A DNA stretch of 64,000 nt from a virus. The position numbers were made by a program, and so were the translations under genes. Of the stretch, positions 1 through 10,191 are shown one piece after another. The stretch covers positions 1-64,000 of the IMG/VR virus record IMGVR_UViG_3300042889_001061. One strand, written 5' to 3'. The notes beneath the pieces are model-generated. The model was not told where the DNA came from and made no database searches. It saw nothing but the letters and a program-made list of their open reading frames with translations. Every line of letters begins with the position of its first letter. Position 1 is the stretch's first letter.

Positions 1-1
1 T

Positions 2-322
2 ATTAGTTACAACAGTTCAACTGGTGTGATTTCTAATGCAGGTGTTACTAGCTTGAACGGTTCAACAGGTGCTAAAACACTTGCTCACTATCATGCTACA
101 TACCAAACAGTATCAGCAGGCCAAGAAACAGCAAACGTTTCTGGTGCTGTTACATTTACATTTGCTGATCTAAGCGGTAGCGTACATCACATGGTGTTAT
201 TAAACCGTGTTCCATTGCGTCCAACAGAGTACAGCGTAAGCGGTACAACGTTGACTATTGCTAGTGGTACAGGTCTAGCAGAAGGTGACGAAATCGAAGT
301 TACAGGTAGCAAATTAAGCTAA
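2..322 (+). CDS. 3' end of a virion structural/tail-fibre-associated protein (truncated by window edge)
   Basis: Frame open from position 2; Gly/Thr/Ser-rich beta-type sequence (GVTSLNGSTG; EYSVSGTTLTI..GDEIEV). Confidence 0.55.
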   Translation: MSYNSSTGVISNAGVTSLNGSTGAKTLAHYHATYQTVSAGQETANVSGAVTFTFADLSGSVHHMVLLNRVPLRPTEYSVSGTTLTIASGTGLAEGDEIEVTGSKLS

Positions 323-443
323 TCTAACTAGTCAAATGCAAGGGGTTGCCAAACCCCTTGCTGATGCGCTGATTAATAATCAGTGGCTATGGGAATAAAT
401 GATTATTCCTTCGAACTAGTTTAACTCTTTAAGGAGAAATAAA

Positions 444-1331
444 ATGGCAAAACGCGAATTACGAAGTGCAGGTACTACAGCAGTCCAGGCACTTGATTCA
501 ACAAAGAACTATAAGCTAAACACATCAGGTTCTTTAGTTGAATCAACAGGTACCCCAGGCGGTACCGAAATTGTTTTCTCAGGTAGCAAGTCTAGCTTGC
601 GCCGTTTGGCAGATTTAGAGCGTAACGTTTCTATTCTTGCTGCCAAAGCACTATCAGACGACGGTTCAGGTTCTGGTGAATCAGGTGACGTTAGCTATGC
701 ACAAAAAGCAGGTAAGTGGAGTTCATCACGTACAATTACATTAGCAGGTGATTTGTCGGGTAACGTCAGTATTGACGGAAGCTCGGGTGTAACATTGACT
801 GCAACTATTGCTGCCAACTCTGTTGCACTTGGTACAGATACAACTGGTAACTACATGTCTGGTGTAACAGCCGGTACAGGTATCAGTGTAAGCCACACAG
901 CAGGCGAAGGCTCAACAGCTACAATTACTAACAGCTTGTCAACAAGTGGTGGTTCAATTGGTGGCAATTTGTCAGTAACTGGTAGTATTACTGCTAGTGG
1001 TGAGATCACAGCTTACTTCTCTGACGAACGCTTGAAGCAAGATATTGCTCCAATTCAAGATGCGTTGAGCAAAGTTATGGCAATTGGTGGTTACACATAC
1101 AAGGCCAACGAATTAGCTCACGAATTAGGTGTTTCACGTTATGATAACCAAATTGGTTTATTGGCAGGTGAAGTTGAAGCAGTTATGCCAGAATTGGTAA
1201 CACAATCTGCATTGGCTGGTTACAAAACTATTCGTTATGACAAAGTTGTATCCGTGCTAGTTGAAGCTATTAAAGAGCAACAAGCTATGATTGAAGAACT
1301 TCGTAAGGATATGAAAAAGACTTTACATTAA
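444..1331 (+). CDS. Tail fibre protein with C-terminal intramolecular chaperone (peptidase S74-type)
   Basis: AAGGAG RBS; SRTITLAGDLSGNVSIDGS fibre motif; FSDERLKQDI...GLLAGEVEAVMPELV...YDKVVSVLVEAIKE chaperone signature. Confidence 0.85.
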   Translation: MAKRELRSAGTTAVQALDSTKNYKLNTSGSLVESTGTPGGTEIVFSGSKSSLRRLADLERNVSILAAKALSDDGSGSGESGDVSYAQKAGKWSSSRTITLAGDLSGNVSIDGSSGVTLTATIAANSVALGTDTTGNYMSGVTAGTGISVSHTAGEGSTATITNSLSTSGGSIGGNLSVTGSITASGEITAYFSDERLKQDIAPIQDALSKVMAIGGYTYKANELAHELGVSRYDNQIGLLAGEVEAVMPELVTQSALAGYKTIRYDKVVSVLVEAIKEQQAMIEELRKDMKKTLH

Positions 1332-1339
1332 TTTGTAGA

Positions 1340-1367
1340 ATAAGAAGGGAGGAAACTCCCTTCTTAT
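1340..1367 (+). terminator. Intrinsic terminator-like hairpin
   Basis: ATAAGAAGGGAG-GAAA-CTCCCTTCTTAT perfect 12-bp stem after the tail fibre gene. Confidence 0.65.
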
Positions 1368-1415
1368 AAGTCAAAATCATTATTTACGATAAATAATTCA
1401 ATAGGAGATTTATAA

Positions 1416-1610
1416 ATGGCATTATTACCAGCAACAGGCAGCGAAATTGTAATGGGTCGTGTGCGTAAAGCATACACCAACATCACGCCAGGTGCGGGAC
1501 AAAACATTACATTGAGTGGCACATTAGGCGGATTGATTGGTCAATCAGCTGGAACTCAAATTAGTTTAAGTTCTAGATTCGGCGGTCAGACAACACCTTA
1601 CGCACATTAA
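1416..1610 (+). CDS. Small late (probably virion) protein
   Basis: GATAAATA late promoter near 1388, AGGAG RBS, MALLPATGSEI start typical of fibre-associated proteins. Confidence 0.6.
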   Translation: MALLPATGSEIVMGRVRKAYTNITPGAGQNITLSGTLGGLIGQSAGTQISLSSRFGGQTTPYAH

Positions 1611-1661
1611 TTTTAAGATAGTAGATTATAAATACCTTGAATAACATCAAGGTATTTTTTT

Positions 1662-2249
1662 ATGACCACAAAAAAGACAACTGCTAAACCAACAAATAAC
1701 AGGTATAAAGAATTGCTAGATTCTTGCCCGTTTCATGTTCTCAGTGATTTTGAACAAGAAAATTTTAATAATCTCACAGGATCGGCATATTCGCGTTCTG
1801 TTATAGATATAATTAATAAAATTAGAAAGATCGACAGTGATCTGGAAACAGAAACTCGAACTTTTGAAAAACAGTGTTTAGAAGAAGAAAAATCTAAACT
1901 ACTAAAAATTCTAGATCAACAGGATACTGCAACATTAACGGACGCTGTTAATAATTGGCAAGATTCCGAACAAGACTATTGGGTAAACTTTTTAGGCAAA
2001 CAGGCCGCTATAGAGTTATTAACTTTCGGAAGACCCACAGTTGAAACTATGAGCAAAATGGTCAAGCTACCCGAAGACTTATATATCAAGTCCACACAAA
2101 TTTGCGTTAAATTAGCAAATGCAATTAAAGTTGCCACAGCCAACGCTGAAATGGAAATTGGAATTTCAGCCCCAGAGCCAACACAAACCGAATCTAACTC
2201 TAAAGAACAAGCCCCAGCTAAGAAATTGCTGTTAAAGAAAATTAAATGA
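1662..2249 (+). CDS. Hypothetical protein
   Basis: 195-aa ORF after TATAAATA (1627-1634), coupled to next gene. Confidence 0.6.
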   Translation: MTTKKTTAKPTNNRYKELLDSCPFHVLSDFEQENFNNLTGSAYSRSVIDIINKIRKIDSDLETETRTFEKQCLEEEKSKLLKILDQQDTATLTDAVNNWQDSEQDYWVNFLGKQAAIELLTFGRPTVETMSKMVKLPEDLYIKSTQICVKLANAIKVATANAEMEIGISAPEPTQTESNSKEQAPAKKLLLKKIK

Positions 2250-2884
2250 CAAACAAATACTCTGAAATAAAGTTGGCAATATGTATACCAGCTAGAGACC
2301 AGATGCACACCGCGACTAGTTATTGCTTGTACAATCTTGCTAGCCTGTTAGCTGAATTGGAAATTGATAACAAACTCTTTATAAGTCCAGGAACTTTGAT
2401 TGTAAATCAGCGTTATGAACTTGTTAAGTCGGCACAAGAATGGGAAGCAACTCATGTTATGTTTATTGACAGTGACATGGAATTTGAACCATATCATGTA
2501 ATTAATTTATTGGATTTCGATGAAGACATTGTTGGTGCCGCTTACAGCAAACGTGTTGCGCCGTTTATTACAACAGCATGGACAGAAATTGACGCTTGGG
2601 ATACGCACGTACGATGCGACGAACAAACAGACAGTCACATCAAAGTGGCAGCAATGGGCCTAGGTTTTTGTTTAATTAAAACTCCAGTGTTTAAGAAAAT
2701 TAAACAGCCTTGGTTTGAAATAGGCTACTATGACGGTCACTACACAGGTGAAGACATTGAGTTTTTTAGAAAATGTATCAGCACAGATATTTGGCTTGAT
2801 GTACAAACAACCTGTGAGTTAGGCCATCTTGGTACTAAAAGTTATAAAGTCGATGACGGTATTGAAGTAGACCTTGAAACTTAA
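2246..2884 (+). CDS. Glycosyltransferase family 2-like protein
   Basis: IAICIP-type first strand (LAICIPARD), HVMFIDSDM DxD motif, GLGFCLIK, GEDIEF. Confidence 0.75.
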   Translation: MTNKYSEIKLAICIPARDQMHTATSYCLYNLASLLAELEIDNKLFISPGTLIVNQRYELVKSAQEWEATHVMFIDSDMEFEPYHVINLLDFDEDIVGAAYSKRVAPFITTAWTEIDAWDTHVRCDEQTDSHIKVAAMGLGFCLIKTPVFKKIKQPWFEIGYYDGHYTGEDIEFFRKCISTDIWLDVQTTCELGHLGTKSYKVDDGIEVDLET

Positions 2885-3233
2885 CCAGCCACTTGGTGAG
2901 TATAATTAAATTATAATCTGTGGCTACAGTAACATCATCTTCCACAGATTTTTGAATCTCTAAATCTTTTTTAATAAGCTCGATTAGTAAGTCCAAAGTA
3001 TTATCTGCCATTAAATTTATTATCAACGGATGCTCGACTAATTCCATGTTAAGAAGATGCACAGTCTGCAAGTACCAACGCTCTGCATAACTGACTTCTT
3101 GTTTGAACAAGCTATTCAGCAAGGGATTGTCTAATCGACGATCCCAACAATGATATAAATCAACGCTTTTAAATCGTCGTAGTTTTATCTTTTTCGGGAA
3201 TGGAATTATCTCTGCTGACATTCTTCTTATCAA
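2835..3233 (-). CDS. Hypothetical protein
   Basis: ORF with AEIIPFP N-terminal motif common in phage proteins; last gene of the minus-strand operon. Confidence 0.55.
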   Translation of the reverse strand: MIRRMSAEIIPFPKKIKLRRFKSVDLYHCWDRRLDNPLLNSLFKQEVSYAERWYLQTVHLLNMELVEHPLIINLMADNTLDLLIELIKKDLEIQKSVEDDVTVATDYNLIILTKWLVKFQGLLQYRHRLYNF

Positions 3234-3669
3234 TCCAACTATAGAAGTTTTTAAATTTTTTAATTAGTCTGCTAGAACTAATCATTTGTCTTGCTTTTGG
3301 ATGCAATGGGCTGGGTAAACTATCTATGCTAGTCCATGCATAGCCTGCATTCTCCCAATTAAGCTCGGGTATAAATTCTTTGTTAACCAACACCACAAAA
3401 GTATCATAGACAAAATCTTTACTTCGACTTTGATATCTATGCAACGGTATTATTTTTTTTATTTTAATTAGTTGAAGTTCTTCTTGTAACTCTCTACGTA
3501 GTCCGTTGATTTCTGATTCATCGGCTTCAACTTTACCTCCGGCAAACGTCCAAGTGTTAGGATAGCTTTCTTGAGGACTGCGTAACACTGTCATAACTCG
3601 TCCAGAGTCTTCGCTGACTATAATAGCCCCAACGCCTCTAAACTGTTTCAAAGATAAATTCTCCACCAT
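3169..3669 (-). CDS. NUDIX hydrolase
   Basis: Nudix box GGKVEADESEINGLRRELQEEL. Confidence 0.9.
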   Translation of the reverse strand: MVENLSLKQFRGVGAIIVSEDSGRVMTVLRSPQESYPNTWTFAGGKVEADESEINGLRRELQEELQLIKIKKIIPLHRYQSRSKDFVYDTFVVLVNKEFIPELNWENAGYAWTSIDSLPSPLHPKARQMISSSRLIKKFKNFYSWIDKKNVSRDNSIPEKDKTTTI

Positions 3670-5003
3670 CCGTTTTGGTATGTGCCTTCGAAGACACTAA
3701 TCCACTGACCTGATCGCCACTCGTACAATATTCCAGTAGTTGTATTTAATACAATGGCATCAGTATTAGCAGATGAATTAAAACTTACAATCCAGTTACT
3801 GCCATTGTATTGTATAATATCATTGGCCTTAGCATCTGTTACACCCCAGAAATTATTATTAGGCACATCTTCTAATACTAGATAACGTTGTCCTGTTATT
3901 GCCGCAGGTAAATTTCTGCCAGGAGCAACACGGCTAGGATTAATGATTGCATTGATAGCCGCTAAACTAGCACTGGGCAAACTATCTTGATCAACATCTA
4001 TGACAGCAACATTAGGATTATCTGCGTCTATTTCTGCAACAGTGGCAACAATATCATTGTTGGGATCACTGGGATCACTGCCTCGTCGTAGACGTAGATT
4101 ACTAATACCTAATCTTAAATCACCAAATGGTGTTAATAAAGTTTCCCATGATAGTAAGTTGCCGTCTTCGTCAGTGAGCCCACCTGCTTTGTTTAAAAGA
4201 GTGGCACGATCGCCTTCTATTCTGACCTGCAATTTTAAATTTTCAAATGTAACCACTACCCATTGTTTGTTTGGTATAGGGTCATCTTCAATCCAATCTA
4301 ATGGATCTTCTTCTTTTAATTTTTTAATTTCATTTAAAATTGTATGTATAAGTGTTTGACGTTTAACTTTGGCCGGAGGATTAATTAATATAGGAATGTT
4401 AAAATTTAATGCTGCAACATCGATGATGTCGTCGGTGCCCTGAGGAACTTGTCGAACACTCCATATAACGTTGACTAATTCGGTGTAGGTTAAGTTGCTC
4501 CAGTCAAAGGGATTGCTGTTGGATTTTAAGTTAATACTGGGATTAAATAATACCAATAATTGTTCTATTAATTGTAGCTTTTGATCTGTGTTACTGGTCC
4601 ATATATCTACTTGTACTGTTAAGTCATAAGGCACTGGCATATAGCGTTCTACAGTATACGTATTACCTACTTCGCCTTCGATGTAATCTCCAGTTGCGGG
4701 ATCGACTTTCTTTTCGTAGACTTGAACTTTGCTAACGTGAGTGGGATTACTTCTACGCTCGGCACTGATCTGTAAATCGGTTACATACACACTGATAAAT
4801 GGAACAGTATTAATCATGTTCTCACTTTGATTTTTTAGTATGTGAGCGGCCATACGATTAATGTCGCCATAGCGCACAGGCACTTGAATATAACTTTCGT
4901 TGCCGTTTCGATCTTTGCCAGTTTTAACTGAAAATCCCCCTAGTATACGCATAAACTGGGTTAGGTATTTTCTTATTTGTTCATCGTAAAAATATTGTTG
5001 CAT
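3648..5003 (-). CDS. Tail sheath stabiliser/tail completion protein (T4 gp15-like)
   Basis: YFYDEQIRKY, VPVRYG, PVPYDL...QLIEQLLVLFNP motifs of gp15-like proteins. Confidence 0.75.
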   Translation of the reverse strand: MQQYFYDEQIRKYLTQFMRILGGFSVKTGKDRNGNESYIQVPVRYGDINRMAAHILKNQSENMINTVPFISVYVTDLQISAERRSNPTHVSKVQVYEKKVDPATGDYIEGEVGNTYTVERYMPVPYDLTVQVDIWTSNTDQKLQLIEQLLVLFNPSINLKSNSNPFDWSNLTYTELVNVIWSVRQVPQGTDDIIDVAALNFNIPILINPPAKVKRQTLIHTILNEIKKLKEEDPLDWIEDDPIPNKQWVVVTFENLKLQVRIEGDRATLLNKAGGLTDEDGNLLSWETLLTPFGDLRLGISNLRLRRGSDPSDPNNDIVATVAEIDADNPNVAVIDVDQDSLPSASLAAINAIINPSRVAPGRNLPAAITGQRYLVLEDVPNNNFWGVTDAKANDIIQYNGSNWIVSFNSSANTDAIVLNTTTGILYEWRSGQWISVFEGTYQNGWWRIYL

Positions 5004-5005
5004 AA

Positions 5006-6052
5006 TTAAAAATCTGATTTGGGTAATACTACTTGGCTCAGTGCTTGACGTTCTGGGAATTCTTGATTACCAACAACAGTGACAGCATCATTATTGATAA
5101 AGCCAGCGGCATTGAGAACTTTATCTCTTAGGTCAACTGGTCCATTATCAGTTTGCATACGTTGCCAACGTGTTCCACGATACGCAAACAATGCCGCGGG
5201 TTTGTAGTCTGTGCGTAAAAAGAAATCACCTTGTTTTGGAGTTAAAGGGAAACTTAGGCCCGAGTCTAATGCTTCTCCGTGATTATAAGTTGGATCAGCA
5301 TCTGCTTGATAAGGCTTGGTTGTGTTCTGCAATATATTACTGCCATCATCTAAAATAGTAGGTGCAAGCTGTTCGCCGCGAGCAATAATAGCTTTGGATA
5401 TTTCCAGTTCTTTTTGATACGTGCTCAATGCATCTTTTAATGTGTCAACACCATTGTCTGTGGGCTGTGATAAAATATCTCTATACTCTTGAGCATCAGT
5501 CATTGGGCTGGCTTTAATGCGCCAAATGTGTGGATACCAAGTTTGACTAAAACCTTCTGCGGCACGACTAGCATCTTGAATAACGTAGAACTTATTAATA
5601 GCTGGCTTGGTTTCGTCCAATAATAAATCATCTCGAATATGCGGTAGTTCTAATACGTCACCGGCCATGAGTTTTCTGCCCATACGTTCAACCATGTCAT
5701 TGGTATGGAAAGAGATATAGATAGTATCAGCACTTAAAAACAAACCGAATTGTGTTAAGTCAAAGTCTTGATCTCCGACATTATAAACTCCGCGAAGTTC
5801 ATATATATCAGGATCATAAATTCTATCACGATTTTCTAAGAATAACAAGTCTTGAATCTTAGTTTCGTTGAGAATGTCGTCGGCTCTATAGTTAGGCTTG
5901 GTCGGATCATTACTGGCACCCTGATCAGCAGGTTGTAAATATTTGTGGATCAACACACCAGTTCCGCCTACCAAAAATTGTTCACGGATAAGTCTATCCA
6001 TGAAATGGTAGTCGTTAGTTTTTTCAGGTTTCCACAGGCTTAGTCTTGGCAT
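5006..6052 (-). CDS. Neck/head closure protein (T4 gp14-like)
   Basis: QDLLFLENRDR, DLTQFGLFL, GDVLELP; late promoter TAAATA on minus strand at 6061-6066. Confidence 0.65.
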   Translation of the reverse strand: MPRLSLWKPEKTNDYHFMDRLIREQFLVGGTGVLIHKYLQPADQGASNDPTKPNYRADDILNETKIQDLLFLENRDRIYDPDIYELRGVYNVGDQDFDLTQFGLFLSADTIYISFHTNDMVERMGRKLMAGDVLELPHIRDDLLLDETKPAINKFYVIQDASRAAEGFSQTWYPHIWRIKASPMTDAQEYRDILSQPTDNGVDTLKDALSTYQKELEISKAIIARGEQLAPTILDDGSNILQNTTKPYQADADPTYNHGEALDSGLSFPLTPKQGDFFLRTDYKPAALFAYRGTRWQRMQTDNGPVDLRDKVLNAAGFINNDAVTVVGNQEFPERQALSQVVLPKSDF

Positions 6053-6109
6053 AGTAATACTATTTACCTATAACTTTTAATTGGCTACACAGAGAAAATT
6101 CTGGTTTAA

Positions 6110-6138
6110 TTGACATAAATTCACTCTTGTAGTATAAT
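6110..6138 (+). promoter_or_regulatory. sigma70-type early promoter
   Basis: TTGACA-17bp-TATAAT. Confidence 0.85.
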
Positions 6139-6165
6139 ATACTATACACACAAATTGGAGAGAGT

Positions 6166-6600
6166 ATGATGGAATATGATGTGGATGCGGACAATCCAAA
6201 AATTAAAAAGTTTTTAAACAGTTTAATGCCATCGTTTATTGAGCAGTTGGGACTAGTTAATAGCAAACGAGCAGTTCTAGTAAAAGTTACTAAAGACTTG
6301 GATGATGATTTCCAAGGTGCTACAATGAATATCGAGCTAGCCGATTGTATGATGGTATTGATTAAAGCACCAAAGCGTCTTACACCAATGCGATTGATGG
6401 AAATGTCTACCACTTTAGCACACGAAATGGTACATGTTAAACAACTGGCTAAAGGGCAAATGAAATTCCTTCCAAATGAAGCTAGGATTTGGAAAGGTAA
6501 ACGCTACAGCAAGAAAACAAAGTATTTAGATCAGCCTTGGGAATTGGATGCGTTCTCAAAACAAGAAATCCTGTTGCGTAGGGCAATTGACACAAAATAG
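6166..6600 (+). CDS. HExxH zinc metallopeptidase-like protein
   Basis: LAHEMVHVKQ and QPWELDA motifs. Confidence 0.7.
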   Translation: MMEYDVDADNPKIKKFLNSLMPSFIEQLGLVNSKRAVLVKVTKDLDDDFQGATMNIELADCMMVLIKAPKRLTPMRLMEMSTTLAHEMVHVKQLAKGQMKFLPNEARIWKGKRYSKKTKYLDQPWELDAFSKQEILLRRAIDTK

Positions 6601-6615
6601 AAGTTAGTGTATAAT
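6587..6615 (+). promoter_or_regulatory. sigma70-type early promoter
   Basis: TTGACA-17bp-TATAAT. Confidence 0.85.
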
Positions 6616-6637
6616 TACATTTTTACTAGGAGCAAGT

Positions 6638-7834
6638 ATGGCTACCAAAAAAACAGTTAAACAAACAAGCACAGATAAATTAGCATGGCGCTACGAGCCC
6701 CCGGCCAAAACAATCGTCTACCGAGAAGTAGATGTCAAGTATGTTGGCGAGGAGCCAACTTACCCTAGCGTAGAAGAACAACAGGCCTGGACTGACAGCG
6801 AGTACAGGACACAGGTCATGCGTACACTTAATTGGTATGCACACACACAAGACAAAAAGAAAAGCGCAGAATGGCTTAGCCAATTCCTTGCACGTAATCC
6901 ACGTCGCCAAAAAACAGCAGATGCAGTTCGTCGTGGCGATGTGTGGCCCGGTACCACAGTAGGATTTGCACTAAGAGCAGGCCGTGTTGGTTTGGCACTA
7001 CGTTTTGGCACACTACGTACTTTGGTCAAACAACTTAAACAAGCAGACAAAGGTGTCGACACTTCTACTCAAGTTGTAGAAGTTGTAGTAGACGACAAAC
7101 CAAAGTTTAACATACAAGAACGCATGGCAGAAAAGACGTCAGAGTTCTTGGGAGAACTAGAAGGTCGCTTTGATGACTTTATTGCGGAGTTTAAAGGTGA
7201 GCCTAAACTAGTGGAGTTGATGACACAAATGAATGTGCCAGCAGTACAGGTTAAAACTGTAACAGAGTTCATCAGCAAAAAGATCTCAGAATTTGAAGAA
7301 GTCAACAACAGCAAAGATCCTCAGGTATTAGAAGCTTACAAGCATTTAGGCAAGCGCCAGATTACTGCCATGGTTAAATGGTGGACACAGGCTCTAACAG
7401 ATGCTAACAGCTACAATGTAGTTAAGAAAGCTGCCAAGGCTCCACGTAAAAAGAAAGCAGTACTGCCAGAAAAGGTAGTGGCTAAATTGAAGTACGCAAA
7501 AGAGTTTAAAGAGCTGGCTCTCAAAAGTGCGGATCCGACTACAATCCTTACAGCACAAGAGCTGTGGGTCTACAATACTAAGACACGCAAGTTGGGTATC
7601 TATATTGCAGACCAATATGCAGGTACACTAACAGTTAAGAACAGTTCTATTATGGGATTTGATGCCACAGCAAGTGTGCAAAAGACACTACGCAAGCCAA
7701 AAGAACAGATTAAAGAGTTTACTGCAAATGGCAAGCCTGCCGCTAAGAAATGGTTTAAAGGAATTAAAAGCACAGAGATCAAACTTAATGGCCGTATAAG
7801 TACAGATGTAATTTTGTTAAAGGTATACAAATGA
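6638..7834 (+). CDS. Conserved jumbo-phage early protein, unknown function
   Basis: 398-aa ORF with AGGAG RBS and own promoter; LWVYNTKTRKL, KTLRKP motifs. Confidence 0.7.
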   Translation: MATKKTVKQTSTDKLAWRYEPPAKTIVYREVDVKYVGEEPTYPSVEEQQAWTDSEYRTQVMRTLNWYAHTQDKKKSAEWLSQFLARNPRRQKTADAVRRGDVWPGTTVGFALRAGRVGLALRFGTLRTLVKQLKQADKGVDTSTQVVEVVVDDKPKFNIQERMAEKTSEFLGELEGRFDDFIAEFKGEPKLVELMTQMNVPAVQVKTVTEFISKKISEFEEVNNSKDPQVLEAYKHLGKRQITAMVKWWTQALTDANSYNVVKKAAKAPRKKKAVLPEKVVAKLKYAKEFKELALKSADPTTILTAQELWVYNTKTRKLGIYIADQYAGTLTVKNSSIMGFDATASVQKTLRKPKEQIKEFTANGKPAAKKWFKGIKSTEIKLNGRISTDVILLKVYK

Positions 7835-8004
7835 AATACTTAATTTTAGTTTTAGCATTATGGCTGACAGCCTGTGGAGGCTCTTCGAGTACTCCACAAT
7901 CTAATCCTTTTCAAGAAGTGTCGAGTAAACCGTTACCTGAACAACCGGTTGCGCCTGCGCCAACCGATCCGTTTGCTCCTGTCTTAAAAAAGAATGGCGG
8001 CTAA
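7831..8004 (+). CDS. Small Pro-rich lipoprotein (not in ORF track)
   Basis: Manual translation MKYLILVLALWLTAC-GGSSSTPQ...; lipobox LTAC; 57 aa. Confidence 0.7.
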   Translation: MKYLILVLALWLTACGGSSSTPQSNPFQEVSSKPLPEQPVAPAPTDPFAPVLKKNGG

Positions 8005-8005
8005 T

Positions 8006-9394
8006 ATGAAATACATTACTGAATTATTTTTATCCTTAGTAACTTTTTTATCTCCAGCTGTATATGCCGCAGATACTTATAATCACGTAAACAATCAATT
8101 AACAATTCCGGCAGTAGTGTTGGGAGATACAATTTATCGTGATGTTGTTATTACAGTTGGTCCTATATTAACTGTAGGCGGTTCTAGTCTAGATTCTAAA
8201 TATCCAGCAAAACCCATCGATACGATGGATTCATATGACCCATATAAAAATCAGCTTACAATTCCTAGTGTAAATGCATATGGTTTTGTTTATTACGATG
8301 TTGTTATTAATGTCGGATCTGTGCTGTCGGTTAAATCTAGTGAACTAAAAAATAAAGACATAGCATGTACAGAACAATCTTCGATTAGTTTATTAAATGC
8401 TGAACCGGTATATAATTTCTCAGGCTTGACAAGTAATTGGTATAACTCTAAAAATGTGTTCGGTGCAGACTCTAGTCAAAATTTTGTAATTGCATTTTCT
8501 AATTTTTCGTCAGTTGCAAAAGAAAAAAATGATGCGGTTCTGAAATCAACGCTGGTATCAAATCTTCATCGCTGGGCGGCAGCAGATGCATTTAAAGGTA
8601 GTAAACTATGTTGGAATCCCATGACAGGGTGGGATTCTACATGCACTCAATGGATAGACCCGCAGGGTAATGATTTAAGCGCCATTCAAGATAATAACTT
8701 TATAATGGAGATGGTGGAATCTATTAGACCTTCATATAGTCTTATATCAGATTGGGCTAAAGAAAATGAGCCAACCAAACATTCCAAAATTATGAGTTGG
8801 TTGGATTTTTGGGACGTAAACACACCAGACCCGGACAATGTATTTTTTGGTCTGGGCATGGGAAGATACCATTGGGAAATAAGGCGTATTACTGACAAAT
8901 CGGGTGTTGCCGCAACTACACCTATGGTGCGTAAATTAATGCAAGGTATTTTATCGCTGGTCAATGAGGACGGTTCTATCAAAGATAGAACAACTCGTGG
9001 AAATAGAGCTATGTGGTATCATTTTTCTTCTCTCAATGAAATCATGACATCTATGTATTTGGCTAAATTGGCGGGCGTTGCAATAGATCCAGTACTGGAA
9101 AATAGATTACACAAAGCAGTAGAGATTTTTATTAATACGTTAGATGACCCAGCATATATTGTTAAATGGGCAAAAGTCGGACACAACAACGGCGGCGACG
9201 GCACTGCACAAAACTTTAATTTTACAAACTGGTATGATGGTGCCTATGCCGGATCGTGGATCTATTTGTATGTAAATTGGTATCCTTCTAACAATAATAC
9301 AGCAAGATTATCGCAAAAAGTTCCTTTGAACTCTGCAAAATCAGCAAGTCAAGATAGGCAATTTGGTATACCTTTGGGTTGTTTACTTTTTTAA
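8006..9394 (+). CDS. Secreted alginate-lyase-like polysaccharide lyase with duplicated N-terminal module
   Basis: Signal peptide ending AVYA; two YxxxxNQLTIP repeats; QDNN and RGNRAMWYHFSSL resemble the NN and RG..A..YH motifs of alginate lyase family proteins. Confidence 0.6.
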   Translation: MKYITELFLSLVTFLSPAVYAADTYNHVNNQLTIPAVVLGDTIYRDVVITVGPILTVGGSSLDSKYPAKPIDTMDSYDPYKNQLTIPSVNAYGFVYYDVVINVGSVLSVKSSELKNKDIACTEQSSISLLNAEPVYNFSGLTSNWYNSKNVFGADSSQNFVIAFSNFSSVAKEKNDAVLKSTLVSNLHRWAAADAFKGSKLCWNPMTGWDSTCTQWIDPQGNDLSAIQDNNFIMEMVESIRPSYSLISDWAKENEPTKHSKIMSWLDFWDVNTPDPDNVFFGLGMGRYHWEIRRITDKSGVAATTPMVRKLMQGILSLVNEDGSIKDRTTRGNRAMWYHFSSLNEIMTSMYLAKLAGVAIDPVLENRLHKAVEIFINTLDDPAYIVKWAKVGHNNGGDGTAQNFNFTNWYDGAYAGSWIYLYVNWYPSNNNTARLSQKVPLNSAKSASQDRQFGIPLGCLLF

Positions 9395-9444
9395 ATAATA
9401 AAACTAAAATCTCCCGCTAAATATACATAACGGGAGATTTTCTT

Positions 9445-10191
9445 ATGAGCGTCAAAGACGAATTAATTAAAGAGATAGAATTACGCCTAGGTGGCGGCAT
9501 GGTGGACGTAGAATTGGATTCTGCTCACTACGACTTGGCTATCTCAAAAGCACTACGCAAATATCGTCAACGCGGCAGCAGAGCAGTTATAGAAAAGTTC
9601 CTAAAATTAAACATTAAAATGGAACAACAAGAATATCAACTACCACAACAAGTAGTTAATGTTCGTGATGTATTTCTACGTCATACTGGTGCTATGGGTA
9701 TTAGCAGTACAGGTGTTGACTTCGAACCATTTAACACAATGTACCTAAGCAACATGTTATTGCAGAGTAATACTAACTTCTCAGGTCTATTAAACTACGA
9801 ACTATACGCAGATCGTAGAGAACTTTTAGCACGTATGTTTGGAGCATACTGTACTTTTACATTTAATCCCGGTGATCGTACGTTATTCATACATCGTAAG
9901 TTTAGAGCAGACGATGAAGTGTATCTTTGGACGTTTGTTGAAAAAGCCGACGAAGAATTATTAAACGATGTCTATTGTGGACCGTGGATTAAAGATTATG
10001 CTATGGCACAGGCCAAGTTTATTCTAGGTGAAGCTCGTAGTAAGTTCAGTACCATTGCAGGCCCACAAGGTGGAACAAGTTTGAATGGTGATAACTTAAA
10101 ATCAGAAGCGGCCGCAGACATGGAAAAGTTAGAAGAAGACTTAAAATTATACGCTGACGGTTCAGACCCACTGGGATTCATAATTGGATAA
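9445..10191 (+). CDS. Neck protein (T4 gp13-like)
   Basis: RLGGGMVDVEL, WIKDYAMAQAK..LGEARSKF...GG.SLNG motifs; late promoter at 9418. Confidence 0.8.
   Translation: MSVKDELIKEIELRLGGGMVDVELDSAHYDLAISKALRKYRQRGSRAVIEKFLKLNIKMEQQEYQLPQQVVNVRDVFLRHTGAMGISSTGVDFEPFNTMYLSNMLLQSNTNFSGLLNYELYADRRELLARMFGAYCTFTFNPGDRTLFIHRKFRADDEVYLWTFVEKADEELLNDVYCGPWIKDYAMAQAKFILGEARSKFSTIAGPQGGTSLNGDNLKSEAAADMEKLEEDLKLYADGSDPLGFIIG

Noticed and set aside
326-421. Hammerhead ribozyme (GTC...CTGATG...GAAC)
   Set aside because: The core reads CTGATGC and GAAC rather than CTGANGA and GAAAC, and stem I does not abut the GTC; kept only as a structured element.
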